A DNA stretch of 64,000 bases from Yuukianura sp. NJ FZ-2021 (taxonomy: Eukaryota): contig CM102289.1 in assembly GCA_046563655.1 (NCBI GenBank), positions 4,712,001 through 4,776,000 on the forward strand, given 5' to 3'. Position numbers and translations under genes: made by a program. Below, piece by piece: positions 41,581-53,969 of the stretch (position 1 is its first letter; each line of letters starts with the position of its first letter). The notes beneath the pieces are model-generated. The model was not told the DNA's origin. It did not search any database and saw only the letters and a list, made by a program, of their open reading frames with translations.

Positions 41581-42010
41581 CTTAATTTCATCCACTTTTG
41601 GGGCTGGGATTGAATGGAACTTAATTTCATCCACTTTTGGGGCTGGGATTGAATTTCATCCATTTTTGGGGCTGGACAGTAGTTTCTGCCATTTTTGGGG
41701 CTGGGATTGAATTTCATTCATTTTTGGGGCTGGACAGTAGTTTCTGCCATTTTTGGGGCTGGGATTGAATTTCATCCACTTTTGGGGCTGGGATTGAATG
41801 GAACTTAATTTCATCCACTTTTGGGGCTGGGATTGAATGGAACTTAATTTCATCCACTTTTGGGGCTGGGATTGAATTTCATCCATTTTTGGGGCTGGGA
41901 ATTAGTTTCAGCCACTTTTGGCCATTTTTGGGGATGGGGCTAACTTCAGGTTTTTGGGGATGGGGCTAACTTCAGATTTTTGGGGTTGGGGATAACTTCT
42001 TGCTCCCCCA
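41581..42010. repeat. 29/39-bp minisatellite with TTTTGGGGCTGG core
   Basis: Tandem units; the core is the reverse complement of the AGCCCCAAAA core at 40345-40662. Confidence 0.92.
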
Positions 42011-42233
42011 GTACGGTTAGCGACTGGACACAGTGCGATTAAAAAGTTTCAAAAGAGGTTTCTGCGGTATAGCGATATATATAGGTATATACATATATAT
42101 ATATAATACGTAATACGAAATCACACCTAACCTTTACAAAAGCACGTTTTCAAACAGTTAAGAAGCACATAACATAATTCGTTGAATTACGGACCATTTC
42201 GTCCTAGCGTGAGTTGTTTTCCAAAGCCAAGAC

Positions 42234-44143
42234 ATGGATTATATTCCAACTGAAGTAACGTTCATCTCAATCTCAATTATTAATTTGATAATTTAATAAC
42301 TACAAAACGATATGCTTAACAAACTGACATATGTTTCAGATACTGGATGATATCATTGGCTATTTGAGGAAGGTTGACGTTCCAAAACTGCGTCTTGTGA
42401 ATACCCGCTTCAATCTCGTAGCAACGCCATTTTTACAAAAATTGTTTCAAGTGGACTTTAGAGAGGACTCGGACATTGTGAAGTTTGTGGAAGTATTTGA
42501 AAACACATTTGTGCCCTTTGCGACGTTTGGATTTGGCGAATTGGTAACCGCGCAGCCGTTGGAGCAGTTTTGTGTCAAATGGGGAAACAATGTTAAATTC
42601 TGGAAAAATTGTGTGATTGATGAATCTGATATACGCAATACAAAGAGTTCGATTTCAATAAACACTCGAATCATATTGGAAAACTGCCTGAACTTAGAAG
42701 AAATCAAATACATTGTAGTGAGGGAGAAGGAAATGGGTGACGTTACTGGAATTCCTGTACCCCGAGATCTGAAGACCACAAAGCTCATGGAAGAAGACAC
42801 GCCTAGAAACGAAAATGTCTTTTTGGATCAAATTTTTCAAAAAACTCCACACCTCCGGTACGTTTCAATCGAAAATTGGGGAGATGCAACATTAACCGCA
42901 AACATTTTAAATCAACTGTACAAGATCAACGGAACTGTTCAAATAAGAAAGTTGGACATCTTACTTCAGCTTCCGCGGGTGGACATGGATTATGTCAAAA
43001 ATTTAGTTGCAATTTCAACTAAATTCACAATTCTAGACTTGGAATTGTGTATGACTTCAGAAGACCAGAATCCAGAACCACCACAAACCGGCGAAATTTT
43101 GTCAAAATGGATTGAAATGCTGGCGCCATTGCGCAAGCTTTCTCTGAAATATGCCGCGTGGGGGAATAACGGCGGTGATCTAATTTCAATTCCGCTCCAT
43201 TCCCTCGTTAATCTTCGATGTCTGACGGTTGAAAATCTACACACTCCTGTGCTTCCACACCTGGAGTTTCCAGTTCTCACAATGCTCGATTACATGTATG
43301 GTGGCGATAAGTTCAGTTTTTCTGGATGTGTATTTCCAAATGTGAAATTTGCAAGTATCGATTTAACACGTGAAGAAGAGTGTGCACAGTGGCCATTGGT
43401 GTTACCCAACGTTCAAGAATTGTATGTCTTGTCTCACACTTTGAAGGGAATTTTTCGATTTCCGAAGGTCAAGAAACTCCACATTCATGTTGAATTTGAT
43501 GTGTATGCTAGTAGTGATGCTCGTGAAATTCATATGAAACACTGCTGGAACAACCTCACACGAGATGCTAAATGCATGTCGAACGCAGAAATTTGTAATT
43601 TCGACCTGGAAGCTGAGAAGATTGATTCGATGGATTCCTTCGGGAATTTGCCTCGTACGTGCTTTACCTTACTAAACTAAAACTAAACTAGCTTTTTCAT
43701 GTCACTTAAGATAATTTTTCAATTCTTTGGAATCCTTTTTAAATAAGTTTAAGTTCCATTTAAACCACAACTTTGCTTTGTTTTTTTTTAGTGTTGACTC
43801 ATTTGAAGTTTTTCGGGGAAAACATTGAGTGCTGGAAGGCGGTTATTTACGCAAGTCGAACTGGTCAATTACGACGCCTTCAAAAGTTGGTATTCAGTGA
43901 AAATATGTATTTTAGCGAAGTAAGTAAAGCAAAACAAAAACTATAAAGGCATTGCGAAATTTCCAAGAAATAATCAAAATCTTACAAAAGTAATGATGAA
44001 GTATTCGAATATATAAATGAGGAAGTAATTTGCTATTTCAGAGAGATGAATTCCGCTCACAATTGATGAAGTACCACGACTCTACGATTATTTCGCAGAA
44101 TTATAAACTGCCACCGTTTCTCTGCAGCAAAGCTAGAAGTTAA
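42234..44143 (+). CDS. F-box protein with LRR-like C-terminal region (about 4 exons)
   Basis: Spliced N-terminus MDYIPTE|ILDDIIGYLRKVDVPKLRLVNTRFNLVA is F-box-like; LxxLxL repeats (LRKLSL, LRCLTV, VQELYV, VKKLHI). The 3' exons are inferred from splice phase. Confidence 0.8.
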
Positions 44144-44195
44144 ATATTTAACTTTTAGGCTAAAAGTTAAAAAAAATTAAATAAATTTAAATATA

Positions 44196-45082
44196 CTTCT
44201 TCAAAGACGATGTAAATAAGTATCGTCAGATGAATTATAGAGGGTTCCCGCGCAGGGTATTGTTGACCTAGACCTCTGATATTGTTGTAGGTCATTTGAG
44301 GTCAAACAATATTCGGAAACTTAGTCCTTCGTCGTCAAACATCCATCCCCGAAAACCACTTCCGAATCGGTCCGAATTGTAGAGAAAACGAGGACCTTGA
44401 CCTTTGACCCTGTTAGAGGTCACTCGAGGGTCGAAGTAAACTTGAGTGCCTCGCCTGTCCCCACCCGTTCAAATTTTTGCCGCGCTGCTTCAATTGTCTT
44501 CACCAAGTGGAAAGAAATATGCACCCACCAGCCTTACACGGAGTCCCCCTAGCGGCTGAAGTGGGACTAGCTTTTGGTTATGGTGGGGACCAATGTATCC
44601 AGCCGGTGGGAACACTGGGTGAGTACAATGAAAGTAGCGCAAAAATTTGAACTGGTGGGGACACGCGGGGTACTCAAGTTTACTTCAACCCACTCAAGGT
44701 CATAAAAATCGAATTCCCGTAAACCCCTTCCGAGTCTTTCCATCCGTTTCCGTATTGTAAATGGAGCATAACCTTGACCTTTGATACCATTAGAAGTCAC
44801 CTGAGGTGAATCCAACAACTGAGAGTTTTAGTAATCTGGTCAGCAGTTACGAATTAAAAAGAAACGATTAGAAATCGTTGCAGTGGTTATCGAGTTATAA
44901 GCATTACTGACGGACGGACAGACGCACGCACGGACGGACGGACCGACGCACGCACGGACGGACGGACAGACGGACGGACAGACAGACGGACGGACAGACA
45001 GACGGACGGACGGACAGACGGACGGACAGACTGACGGACGGACGGACAATACGATCCCTATAAGTATCTGACGATCCTTAAT
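44196..45082 (-). mobile_element. Non-autonomous Helentron/DINE-1-like element, family 1 copy 1
   Basis: Subterminal inverted repeats AAGTATCGTCAGAT / ATCTGACGAT.CTT, (GGAC/AGAC)n microsatellite at ~44909-45047, homology to 45849-46468. Confidence 0.75.
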
Positions 45083-45848
45083 AAACCCTAAACTAAAAAA
45101 ACGTTCAAGTTAAAGAAATAAGTTAAATAAATTTTTTATGGTTTATTTAAATTTATTTAAGTTTTTTTTTACATAATTTAATTAATTTAAGTTAAGTTAA
45201 TTTAATTTAAGCTAAACTAAATTTTGTATTTCAAGATTTAAGGCGCCGAATGAGATGCATTCAAGGCGTGGGAAAAATTTAAAATTTTGAAACTTAACTA
45301 TCCGGGCTGGTTGGAGTAAACTTTAATAGTAATAATTGTAACCTCTCAGCTATTATAAAGTGGAATTAGGTTAACCGGGAGATACAATTACCCTATTTTC
45401 TCGCAGATAATACGCTCTCGCGTATAATACGCACCCAGAAATTGTTGAAAACACTGAATAGCGAGAGAATGGAAAGTTTGACGCTAAAAATTTCCTTCCT
45501 TAACCAGGCTTCCAAAATTGCGATGTTAATTTCTACGTATTTAACGTTTAAGTTTTGACAACGAATGTAAAACCAAAAGTAATTAAAAAAAAAGCATTAT
45601 TCACAGCAGAACTCCTAAACGAATCCCTTGCTGTAAGTAAGATATCATCATTCCGAAATTCTAATCCAATATCAATATCTTCACAGGACTGTTATCTTTG
45701 GCGCCAAAAATGGTTTTGGTACGCAATTTCGGCATTTAAAGCGCCACATGCGAAAAATGCGTGGCTAACAATGCGATTTTTGTCTCCATTTAATTATGGC
45801 AGTTTTAAATGAAAATAATAAGTATTGATTAAAGTAAGATTAAATAAA

Positions 45849-46468
45849 CTTCTTGCAAAGACGATGTAAATAAGTATCGTCAGATCAGAGAATTATAGAA
45901 AGTTCCCGCGCAGGATATTGTTGACCTAGACTTCTGATATTGTTAGAGGTCACTTGAGGTCAAACAACGTTCGGTATATTAATCCTCGCGCCGTCAAACA
46001 TCCATCCTCGGAAACCACTTCCGAATCGGTCCATCCGTTTCCGAATTGTAGAGAAAAGGATGACCTTTAGCTTTGACCCTGTTAGAGGTCACTCGCGCGC
46101 GTAGCATGAGCGACGCCATTTTGCAACTTGCAGCGTCTATATCTCTAGAACCGTAGGTCAAAGGTCAACATCGCCGACAGAAAAGTTGTTCCTCTCATTG
46201 AGATGAACAACTTTTGTAGAGACCATTTTTCCAAATTCTGTCGAAAATGTACTTGACCTTGACCTTTGACCCGGAGGTTGGCCACTTCCGGTCAAACCGA
46301 AAACGACTTGTTCATCCCTGGACCATGTGCAGTTCATCTGTGAAGACAGATTGAAAATCGGTCCAGCGGTTCCAGAAATATTGTGGCTAGTATAGTCGGA
46401 CGGACAGACGGACAGACGGACAGACGGACGGCCATTACGATCCCTATAAGTATCTGACGATACTTAAT
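45849..46468 (-). mobile_element. Non-autonomous Helentron/DINE-1-like element, family 1 copy 2
   Basis: Same termini (CAAAGACGATGTAAATAAGTATCGTCAGAT ... TACGATCCCTATAAGTATCTGACGATACTTAA) and GGAC/AGAC microsatellite. Confidence 0.75.
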
Positions 46469-48424
46469 AAATTGTAAATGAAAACTGTTGTAGAATTCCG
46501 ACGAAGAACAGGAAGTATTCTTGGAGAGCCAAATTTTGAGCGGGACAAGTTCTTCTGCCAATGAAAAACGGAATGAGATGCTCGTCCCTCCGAAACTTCC
46601 CGAATGGATCGATAAATCGTTCAGGTCGAAAGGTGTGTGGGTCTCCCCAGTACTGCGGATCATGATGGATATGGTATAAGTTATTAAGGAAAAACGTTCC
46701 TTTTGGAAATGAGTAACCGCCAAATTCAAAATCTTCGATTGGAGCATGGAAAAGTCCGAACGGAGTAATGGTTGACTTGCGCATCACTTCGGCCATGGTA
46801 GCCTCCACATACGGCAGCCTACAACACAAACAACAAATATCATCCACAGTGACCTAACTTTGCAAGGTCAAGGTTGCTTGATTGAACTTACTACTCTAAC
46901 ATTTACGGTCAATCAAAACACCTTGCTCAAGGTCATCCTTGACACTAATTAATATAAATATGAAAAAGAAATTAGTTGACCTCTGTCGATCCTCTGCACA
47001 GGGCATGTGATTTTGTAAAACAGTGTCAATTTCACAGTGAATTTTCTTTTGGACTTCAGGCCACATCGCTAGGAAAAGAAATGTCCAACCCAATGTTGAG
47101 CTTAACGTGTCTGATCCAGCAAAGAACATGTCCAGGACAGTGTAGTGAACGTTTTTCACTGAAAAAAAATTCCAATGCGTCAAAATTTGACTTCAGGAGG
47201 TTGCGTGCGACGACGCCAACGCAGGAAGGCAAAATTAACCTTACGCCCTCTTTGTTGAAAAAACTGAGACTGTGGGTTTGTCGTGGAGTAGACTTTCCCG
47301 AGACCGCAATCAACAAAGTCTCTATGATTAGTTGGATCGTAAGTGGCGATATGCTTGTCCATAATTTCTCGCACAAGATCTTCTGGAGCTTCAAAGTATT
47401 CCATTCCCTGTGCATAACCTGAAAAACCAGGCAGCAGTTTTGCCAACCAGGGGAGGAAAGACGCAATTCCGACAAGATTTTGTGAAGCTAAACCTCTGTT
47501 TACAGAAGAAATCAAAACAAAACTCTTGTTTAAAAATACGACGAAATTCAAAAGATATGTTTACGGACTCTGAAAGGATGTGAGCAACTTTTCGCTTGAG
47601 CGGGTCCTCAATGTTGTACTTCTCTCCAGTGAATATTTCCCAGAGGGCATTGATCACCGCGATTTCAAGGGCCGGCTTCAAATCAACAGGTTTTCCCACG
47701 TTCTTCCTGTTGTACAAAAAGCGAACTTAGAAGCGTGCATGACTGAAGAAGAACATTTCAGTTATTATTTTAAATTGTTACCCAATGAATTGCGTGCACT
47801 GAGTCACTTGTTCAAGGATGGATGCCTCCATGCTCTTTGTACCGAAACCAAACTCCCTCAGACATCGCATCATAAACCGTCGTACTTCTGACCAGTCATT
47901 GCCCTCCAGTAAACCGATTCCTAAAAAAAGATGATCAAATAGGCAAATAGTGCTTCAATTTGAAGGACGTACCGTAGTATCCCCTCTGTTCAAAAACTTC
48001 CAATTGGGCTCGTCCTGTCATCACGTCCAATTTGTAAAGTTCCTTTATAGGTTCAAAGTCATTCACAAAAACAACACTGCAAAGCGACAAAAAACAGAAT
48101 GAATTTTTCAGATTACATATAAATATGAAATGCAGCTTACGGATATTTCCCTAGCTGAAGTGTAAAAATATTTCCAAACTTTGGAATCAGGCTGGTAACT
48201 GTAAGACAAGGAACTTTTCCTAGGAACGGTAAGTATCCAAATATTGGCAATCCAATTGGCCCTGAAATCAACACAAAACAGAAAATTAGAAAGTGACGCT
48301 TTTATTTTTAATTTATATGAGCAGTACCTGGCGGAAGATTTTTGTTGTTTCGTTTTTGACACCTTTGGAAAAAGCATCTTACTAAAGTTAGTGTTACTAA
48401 GAACAAAACCAGTTCGACGTACAT
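46464..48424 (-). pseudogene. Cytochrome P450 copy B, 3'-truncated
   Basis: Near-identical to copy A, but homology stops at 46474; reads ...QQFSFTIY* instead of ...QQFSFTLDPNQPKPDIGPRSGFILTPPKH..., losing about 38 C-terminal residues. Confidence 0.8.
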
Positions 48425-48724
48425 ATTGACACTGCGAAACTAAATAGTTGGAAGTTTGCCAAATCTTTATCCAAAGTTGTCTTTTCAAGTTCGTATTTAA
48501 TTCTGCTGGAAAAAATATACTTTCAATTTCCTTTTATGCTCGTCATTCTGCACTTGCAAATGCAGCAGTAATTACTGAAATCAGATAAGTTCTTATTCCA
48601 TAGTAGAGCGGATACGCTTGACGAAGACGATAATCACTTTTCACAACATGCACTTATGATCTCCCGTCCATAATCTGAATCCGTCAGTCTTCATGGATCG
48701 ACAAGTTCTGCCAACTCTTGAAAA

Positions 48725-50281
48725 CTAGGGAACGAAGCTGCGGTAAAGAACCATTTTCTCGTCAACTTCGATTGGCATGTCGGTATCACCAGCAGGCACA
48801 AACATCACAGAGCCTCTGCTTAAGGCAACGTTATCCGCCCCAAAACGTCCTTTCCCCTCCAGCACAAGGCAGACCGAGCAACTTCGAGCAGTTGGCAAAT
48901 GGAAAGATTCAGTTTTCTGAAAAACAGAAACAATTCAATCTTAATCATCGCCACTAAATTAAACTTTAATCAGAGTTTACTTAAATAGAAAGCTTACTTC
49001 AAACAACTCCACAGCAAATTCATCAACTGGAGGTTCATAAAGAAATCTCCCTGGTTCAATTTGTTTAGCCTTCATGGTCCATTCCTTCCCAGTATCAAAT
49101 GTCAACATGGTCGTCAGCACATCTACGTCCTTGAACTTTGGGGTTAGCCCTGCTCTGACGACGTTATCCGAATTGGCCATACATTCCATGCAGTCTGCAA
49201 ATGAAAAAAAGAATTCGGATAATTCACTTAACCAAAAATGAAAAACCGAGTGAAGTTTTTGCAATGAATTCTTACCACCATCCAAGTAAGCATGAGGTTC
49301 ATTTGCAGGAAGAAAAATCGCTTCCCCTGGACGAAGCAGAATGTGTTGAAGGAAGAAAACACTGAAGACTCCTACATCGCCGGGAAACTGTTGATGGAGA
49401 CGGGAGATAAGTTCGTGTTCTGGTACAGAGTCGCCACGGGCTACTCAGGTTGTAACTTTGGCAGCAATTTCATCAGCATCTGTCTTCATCAATCGTGTAA
49501 ATACCTCCTGCAGATCCTTCTTCGATTCCAGTGCAGCACCTGCCACTAAGGCTCCCAGTTCCGGAACATCTAAAGATGAATAAAGGTAATATTAACATTA
49601 CATATTGAAACTCCTGCGATTGAATGATTGATTTTACCACGGATGAGTTGCTTTATCTCCTCCAAACTACGGAATCCGCAAAGTACTTCGAACGGTGACA
49701 CTGCAATGGCCATTTCAGGTTTATGATTGTCATCTGGATAGTTGGCAGGGTCTAAATAAAACCAGACAGCTTTAGGAATTGACAAACCTAATATAAATAG
49801 TATCATAAGTTATAATTTGTAATAGATTTGTAGTACGAAACTTAGTTTAAAACACGACAGATCGAGTCAGTTCGAGTAAGGTTTACAATTACAACAATAC
49901 CTTTCTTAAGTGTGCTTAAAAATTTTCCCATAATAGACATGGCCTACCTCGTTCATGTAAAATCCGAGCAAGACTTTTGTCTGGATGGGCCTGGATGCTC
50001 AGTGCCTTTTGCACACTGAGTACTTTGAACAGAAACGGTAAGCTTGGTCCGAACTTGGACAAAGTTCGACTTCCTAAAACATCGGGTTTGGCGCTTATGT
50101 AATCGTTGAGAGGTTGTCCATTTGGTAAGTAGCAAGGACCAGATGGATGAGCACCCATCCATAGTTCCGCGTACGGTGTACTGTTACATGTCGGTTCTAT
50201 TTTCGAAGTCAGTTGAGCAACTAGTGAATCCAAGCCCACTCTACCCCATGGATAATTCTTGATTGATGGTCTAAGCAACAT
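48725..50281 (-). pseudogene. MPI: Mannose-6-phosphate isomerase copy B with in-frame nonsense codon
   Basis: Copy A has AAA GTT ACA ACC TTA GTA (KVTTLV); copy B has AAA GTT ACA ACC TGA GTA (TCA at 49445-49447 on the + strand). Confidence 0.85.
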
Positions 50282-50747
50282 CTTGTCTCCTTTAGGAATT
50301 CGTTTAATTAATTACTGATTTAGATTTCGTTAGGTTACTGTTCCTATGCAACTAGTAATTGTCCATGTGTCTGTGTCAGTGTCACTCTTCTGTCACTGAT
50401 ATTGTTTGTTTTGTCCCGACATGGATGGGTTGGCCTATTCCTCCGATACCTACGTAAAGTTTTGTAAGCAAGACAATTCCGAGGATTATTCACCTACCAC
50501 ACCGCGATTTATACCTACAAGGCGGTCCTAATTCGCGGATATGTTTGACGTTTTCGCTTAGGATTGTCCCGTTTCGGACACTTTTCGACATTGTTTTTCT
50601 GAAATGTCTGAAATCTGAAATATCAAACGAAAACACACAACGCGGTTTGCACATGAGCCAGGCGCAGTATTTACTAACGCCAGTGATTTTATGTCTTTTA
50701 AAATGTTGCAAATAAGGAAAAAAAAACATAATTTTTTGAAGGGTTTG

Positions 50748-50959
50748 AGGGTCTGACTATTCCTGATTCCGAGGCTTCTGAAAAAAAATCAGAGGATTCG
50801 GTTCTGTTTCTGAGGAATGAGGATTCCAACAAAAAATTCAAAAATTAATAAAGGGCTCTGAGAAATTCTCTGAAAACTCTGAGGATTTTCTTTTTGTAAT
50901 CCTCAGAATCCTCTGAATTTTTTTTTCGGAATCCTTAGTATCAGGAATAGTCAGACCCT
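50748..50959. mobile_element. MITE with AGGGTCTGACTATTCCTGAT terminal inverted repeats
   Basis: AGGGTCTGACTATTCCTGAT ... ATCAGGAATAGTCAGACCCT with internal GAGGATTC/GAATCCTC subrepeats. Confidence 0.75.
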
Positions 50960-51095
50960 TCAAAAAATACACCTTTGGCTTGGTTTCTTCTTTCTTGTTT
51001 TAAATTTTTTCGTTTTTCTATAATTAATTATAAGTTACTACATTCCACTCCAAGATTATAATAGCAATCACTTTTAGTTGATTTACGTCCTCAAC

Positions 51096-52144
51096 ATGAC
51101 AATGTCAACTAGAGAGAGAGCATTTGAGATGGGGATAGAGAGCATGTTGAACAGAGTAAACGAGATGAAGACCTCACTCAACAATCTAATTCTTAGGATT
51201 GAGTTGGATCACGAAAACTTTAGTTACCCGGATGCTCTGGATTCTTTTGCAGTGATTTCTGGCCAGGAAAGTATTCCTACAAACAAAACATTCACCTGCT
51301 AGGTTTATTGATGGATAAATGTTTGTTGTTGTTTTAGATGCATACGGTGATGCAGTTACTAAAATCTGACAAACTACCGTCATTGAAGGAACTCATTGCT
51401 ATTCCACTCTTGCTCAATCCTGACAAGGACACTGACCTTCAAACTTTGACAGAAGGAAGGCTGGAGTGCTTTAATCACGCAGTAATAAGAGTTACTTTAT
51501 TTTCGTGCTTAAGCAATAGGCGAATCCAAAGAAGATGAGAATGGTTTGTTTGTAATCTTTTTAGGTAGTTCCAGACTATTTGAGAACAAAGCCTGACCCA
51601 ACGGTTGAAAAGGAACATGACCGAGTGGAGCTACGTGGTAGCACTCAGAACCCGGACACCGTTAATGTAAGCTGAAAAGACTCAGAAATGGAATACGTCA
51701 TTGAATTACAATTTGTATATTCTTCCCTGTAATCCCACGAGTACTCACTGCGCTACTTGTACCTTTATTACGCAGAAACAACTGGCAAACTTCGCAAAAA
51801 TGGCCGATCACATGCTGGCAATCATTGAAACAAACTCGAGAGAGTGGGACGCGTCTTCTGAGAGGACTGCTGCTCCTCCAACAAGTTCGCAAGCAGATAC
51901 TCTTGAACTTGTAACTTCCGTTTACAATGGAAAGGCTTTTAGATTTGCTCCACCAACCGCACCAATGCAACGGCAAGTGCCACCATCTGCCTCGGGGGCT
52001 TCTCCACAGGGTCAAGGCAAGTTCTCAACAATATTTCACCAACGAATACGATCAATGTCGTGATTTATTTCTTCTGTTGGTTTAGTGAAAGGTGCTGGAG
52101 GAACTATTAAAACTACAATTAAACCAGCGGGAAGGAACTATTAA
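51096..52144 (+). CDS. MED8: Mediator complex subunit 8 (5 exons)
   Basis: [45 protein letters not shown], C-terminal IKTTIK. Confidence 0.92.
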
Positions 52145-52549
52145 GAAATCAAATTGAGAACAATTTTAAGTTGTTATTAATTTTTGTTTACATTGTACTG
52201 ATAAATTCATTCTCCTTCGTACGTTTTTCGTGTCGCTTTCATTTATTTTTTTCTGTTTGGTCTATATAAAAAATTTTTCCTATATAAAATACTATAGATA
52301 ACTCTTCCTATATTTGTTTTTTTTTATTGATTTTTCGGATTGAATTACTAACAACACTTATTACCGAATTAATCCATATAGTATCTTATGCGATAACGCA
52401 GTTTAGCTCGATACTCGAATGGTTTTGCGTTCAGCTTGTTTGAGGAGACTTTTACTACCAATTTCAAAATCGCAGGTTTTCTGAGGATTAGGCGTCGTTT
52501 GAACTAATCTAAGCCTCAATTGAGACTCAAAACTACCGTATGGTAGTTT

Positions 52550-52671
52550 GCTAACAAGAATTAGCCGGGTCTGACTTTTCCCCTGACACGTGTTTTTTCT
52601 CATTGAGTAAAGGAGAAAAAACACTTGTCAGAGGAAAAGTCAGACCCGTCTCATTCTTGTTAGCAAACTAC
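52550..52671. mobile_element. Palindromic MITE-like element of the GGGTCTGACT family
   Basis: GGTAGTTTGCTAACAAGAAT...GGGTCTGACTTTTCC.CTGACA.GTGTTTTTTCTC mirrored by GAGAAAAAACAC.TGTCAG.GGAAAAGTCAGACCC...ATTCTTGTTAGCAAACTACC; ends approximate. Confidence 0.75.
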
Positions 52672-52959
52672 CCTATGGTAGCCTAACAAAAATTTGACTA
52701 AAAGGAAAAGGATAAACAAACAAGCGAATGCGAATTAAACTGTTTGTTTTGTCGGTAAACGGAGGAAGGTCAGTTAGTTAAAGTTGTTTTTAGTTAATTG
52801 GTATCGTTCGTAGGAGTTTTGAACTAACAAGATCACTCAGGTCATAAAAGTGATTCGTTTCACCTAATTTGCAGTTGGAAATCATTAGTTCACTTCTTAC
52901 TCCATTTTCACTCGTGTTTATATTTTAAAAAGGTTGCTTTGGTTCTGTAATTTTGAGAA

Positions 52960-53858
52960 ATGTCCAAGTCCGTAGGGGCGGGGAAGAGTACGCTGAAGGG
53001 TCTCAGAAAAGTTGCCGAGAAAGTTGTCCACGGCAGAATTATGAGGACAAATATTCCTGCAGGAATGGCGATGGCGGGACCACCACTAGGACCGATGTTG
53101 GGACAAGTAATTGAACATAACAATATTAGAAATATTGGGTAACTAATTGTACGTTTTTTATGTTTTCCAGAGGGGTATAAACATAGCGGCATTCTGGTGA
53201 GTGCTGAGTGATTATTCAGTATAATGGTAGACCGCCCTAGTCCAATGTATGAGTTATTAATCTATTCTGTTAATTTTTAATGTAGCAAAGACTTCAACGA
53301 CAAAACGAAGGAGTACAAAGAAGGAATTCCTCTTCCGACAAGGGTTACCGTCAATTCAGACAGGACATACGAGTTACAGATCAATAAACCCCCAGTTACT
53401 TACTACTTGAAACAAGCTGCTGGAATTTCGAGAGGCTCTATGAGAAACAACAGTATTTCAGCCTTAATCTTATGAGATTTGGGTTAAATGCTAAATATTA
53501 AATAGTGTTTTCATCTTATTTTAGCCGAAATTGCTGGAAAGGTGACCTTGAAGCATATATATGAAATCGCACTATTAAAGAGGACTGATCCCTTTCTTCG
53601 ATTTCTTCCATTGCAAGACCTGTGCGAGAAAATCATTCTCACTGCTCATACGTGTGGGATTGAAGTAAGCAAATACATTATATTAAAACACAAAGACGAA
53701 TGCAAAGTCCGTTACCAAATAAGAAAAATTAACTTCAGGTAGTAAAATCGCTGGATCCAAAGGAATACGGCCAATTTCTGGAAGAAAGAAAGCAAGTCGT
53801 AGCTCAGCAGCTCGAAGAACTGAAGTCAATCAAAGAAGCTAAAATGCTAAGAGCCTAG
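52960..53858 (+). CDS. mRpL11: Mitochondrial ribosomal protein L11 (multi-exon)
   Basis: [60 protein letters not shown]. Confidence 0.95.
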
Positions 53859-53969
53859 TTTAATAATATGTTATAGAAAAGTTTGAAAACGAATGTGGTA
53901 GTTTCAGTACTGAAATTTTTTAACGGGATGATTAAATATTCGACAACACAACAACTATAAGTCTCCATT

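Noticed and set aside
40417..41886. Gly/Trp-rich and QSQPQKW repeat ORFs
   Set aside because: Minisatellite translations with no splice or promoter support.
44840..45049. SVRPSVCP repeat ORF
   Set aside because: Translation of the (GTCC/GTCT)n microsatellite of a DINE-like element.
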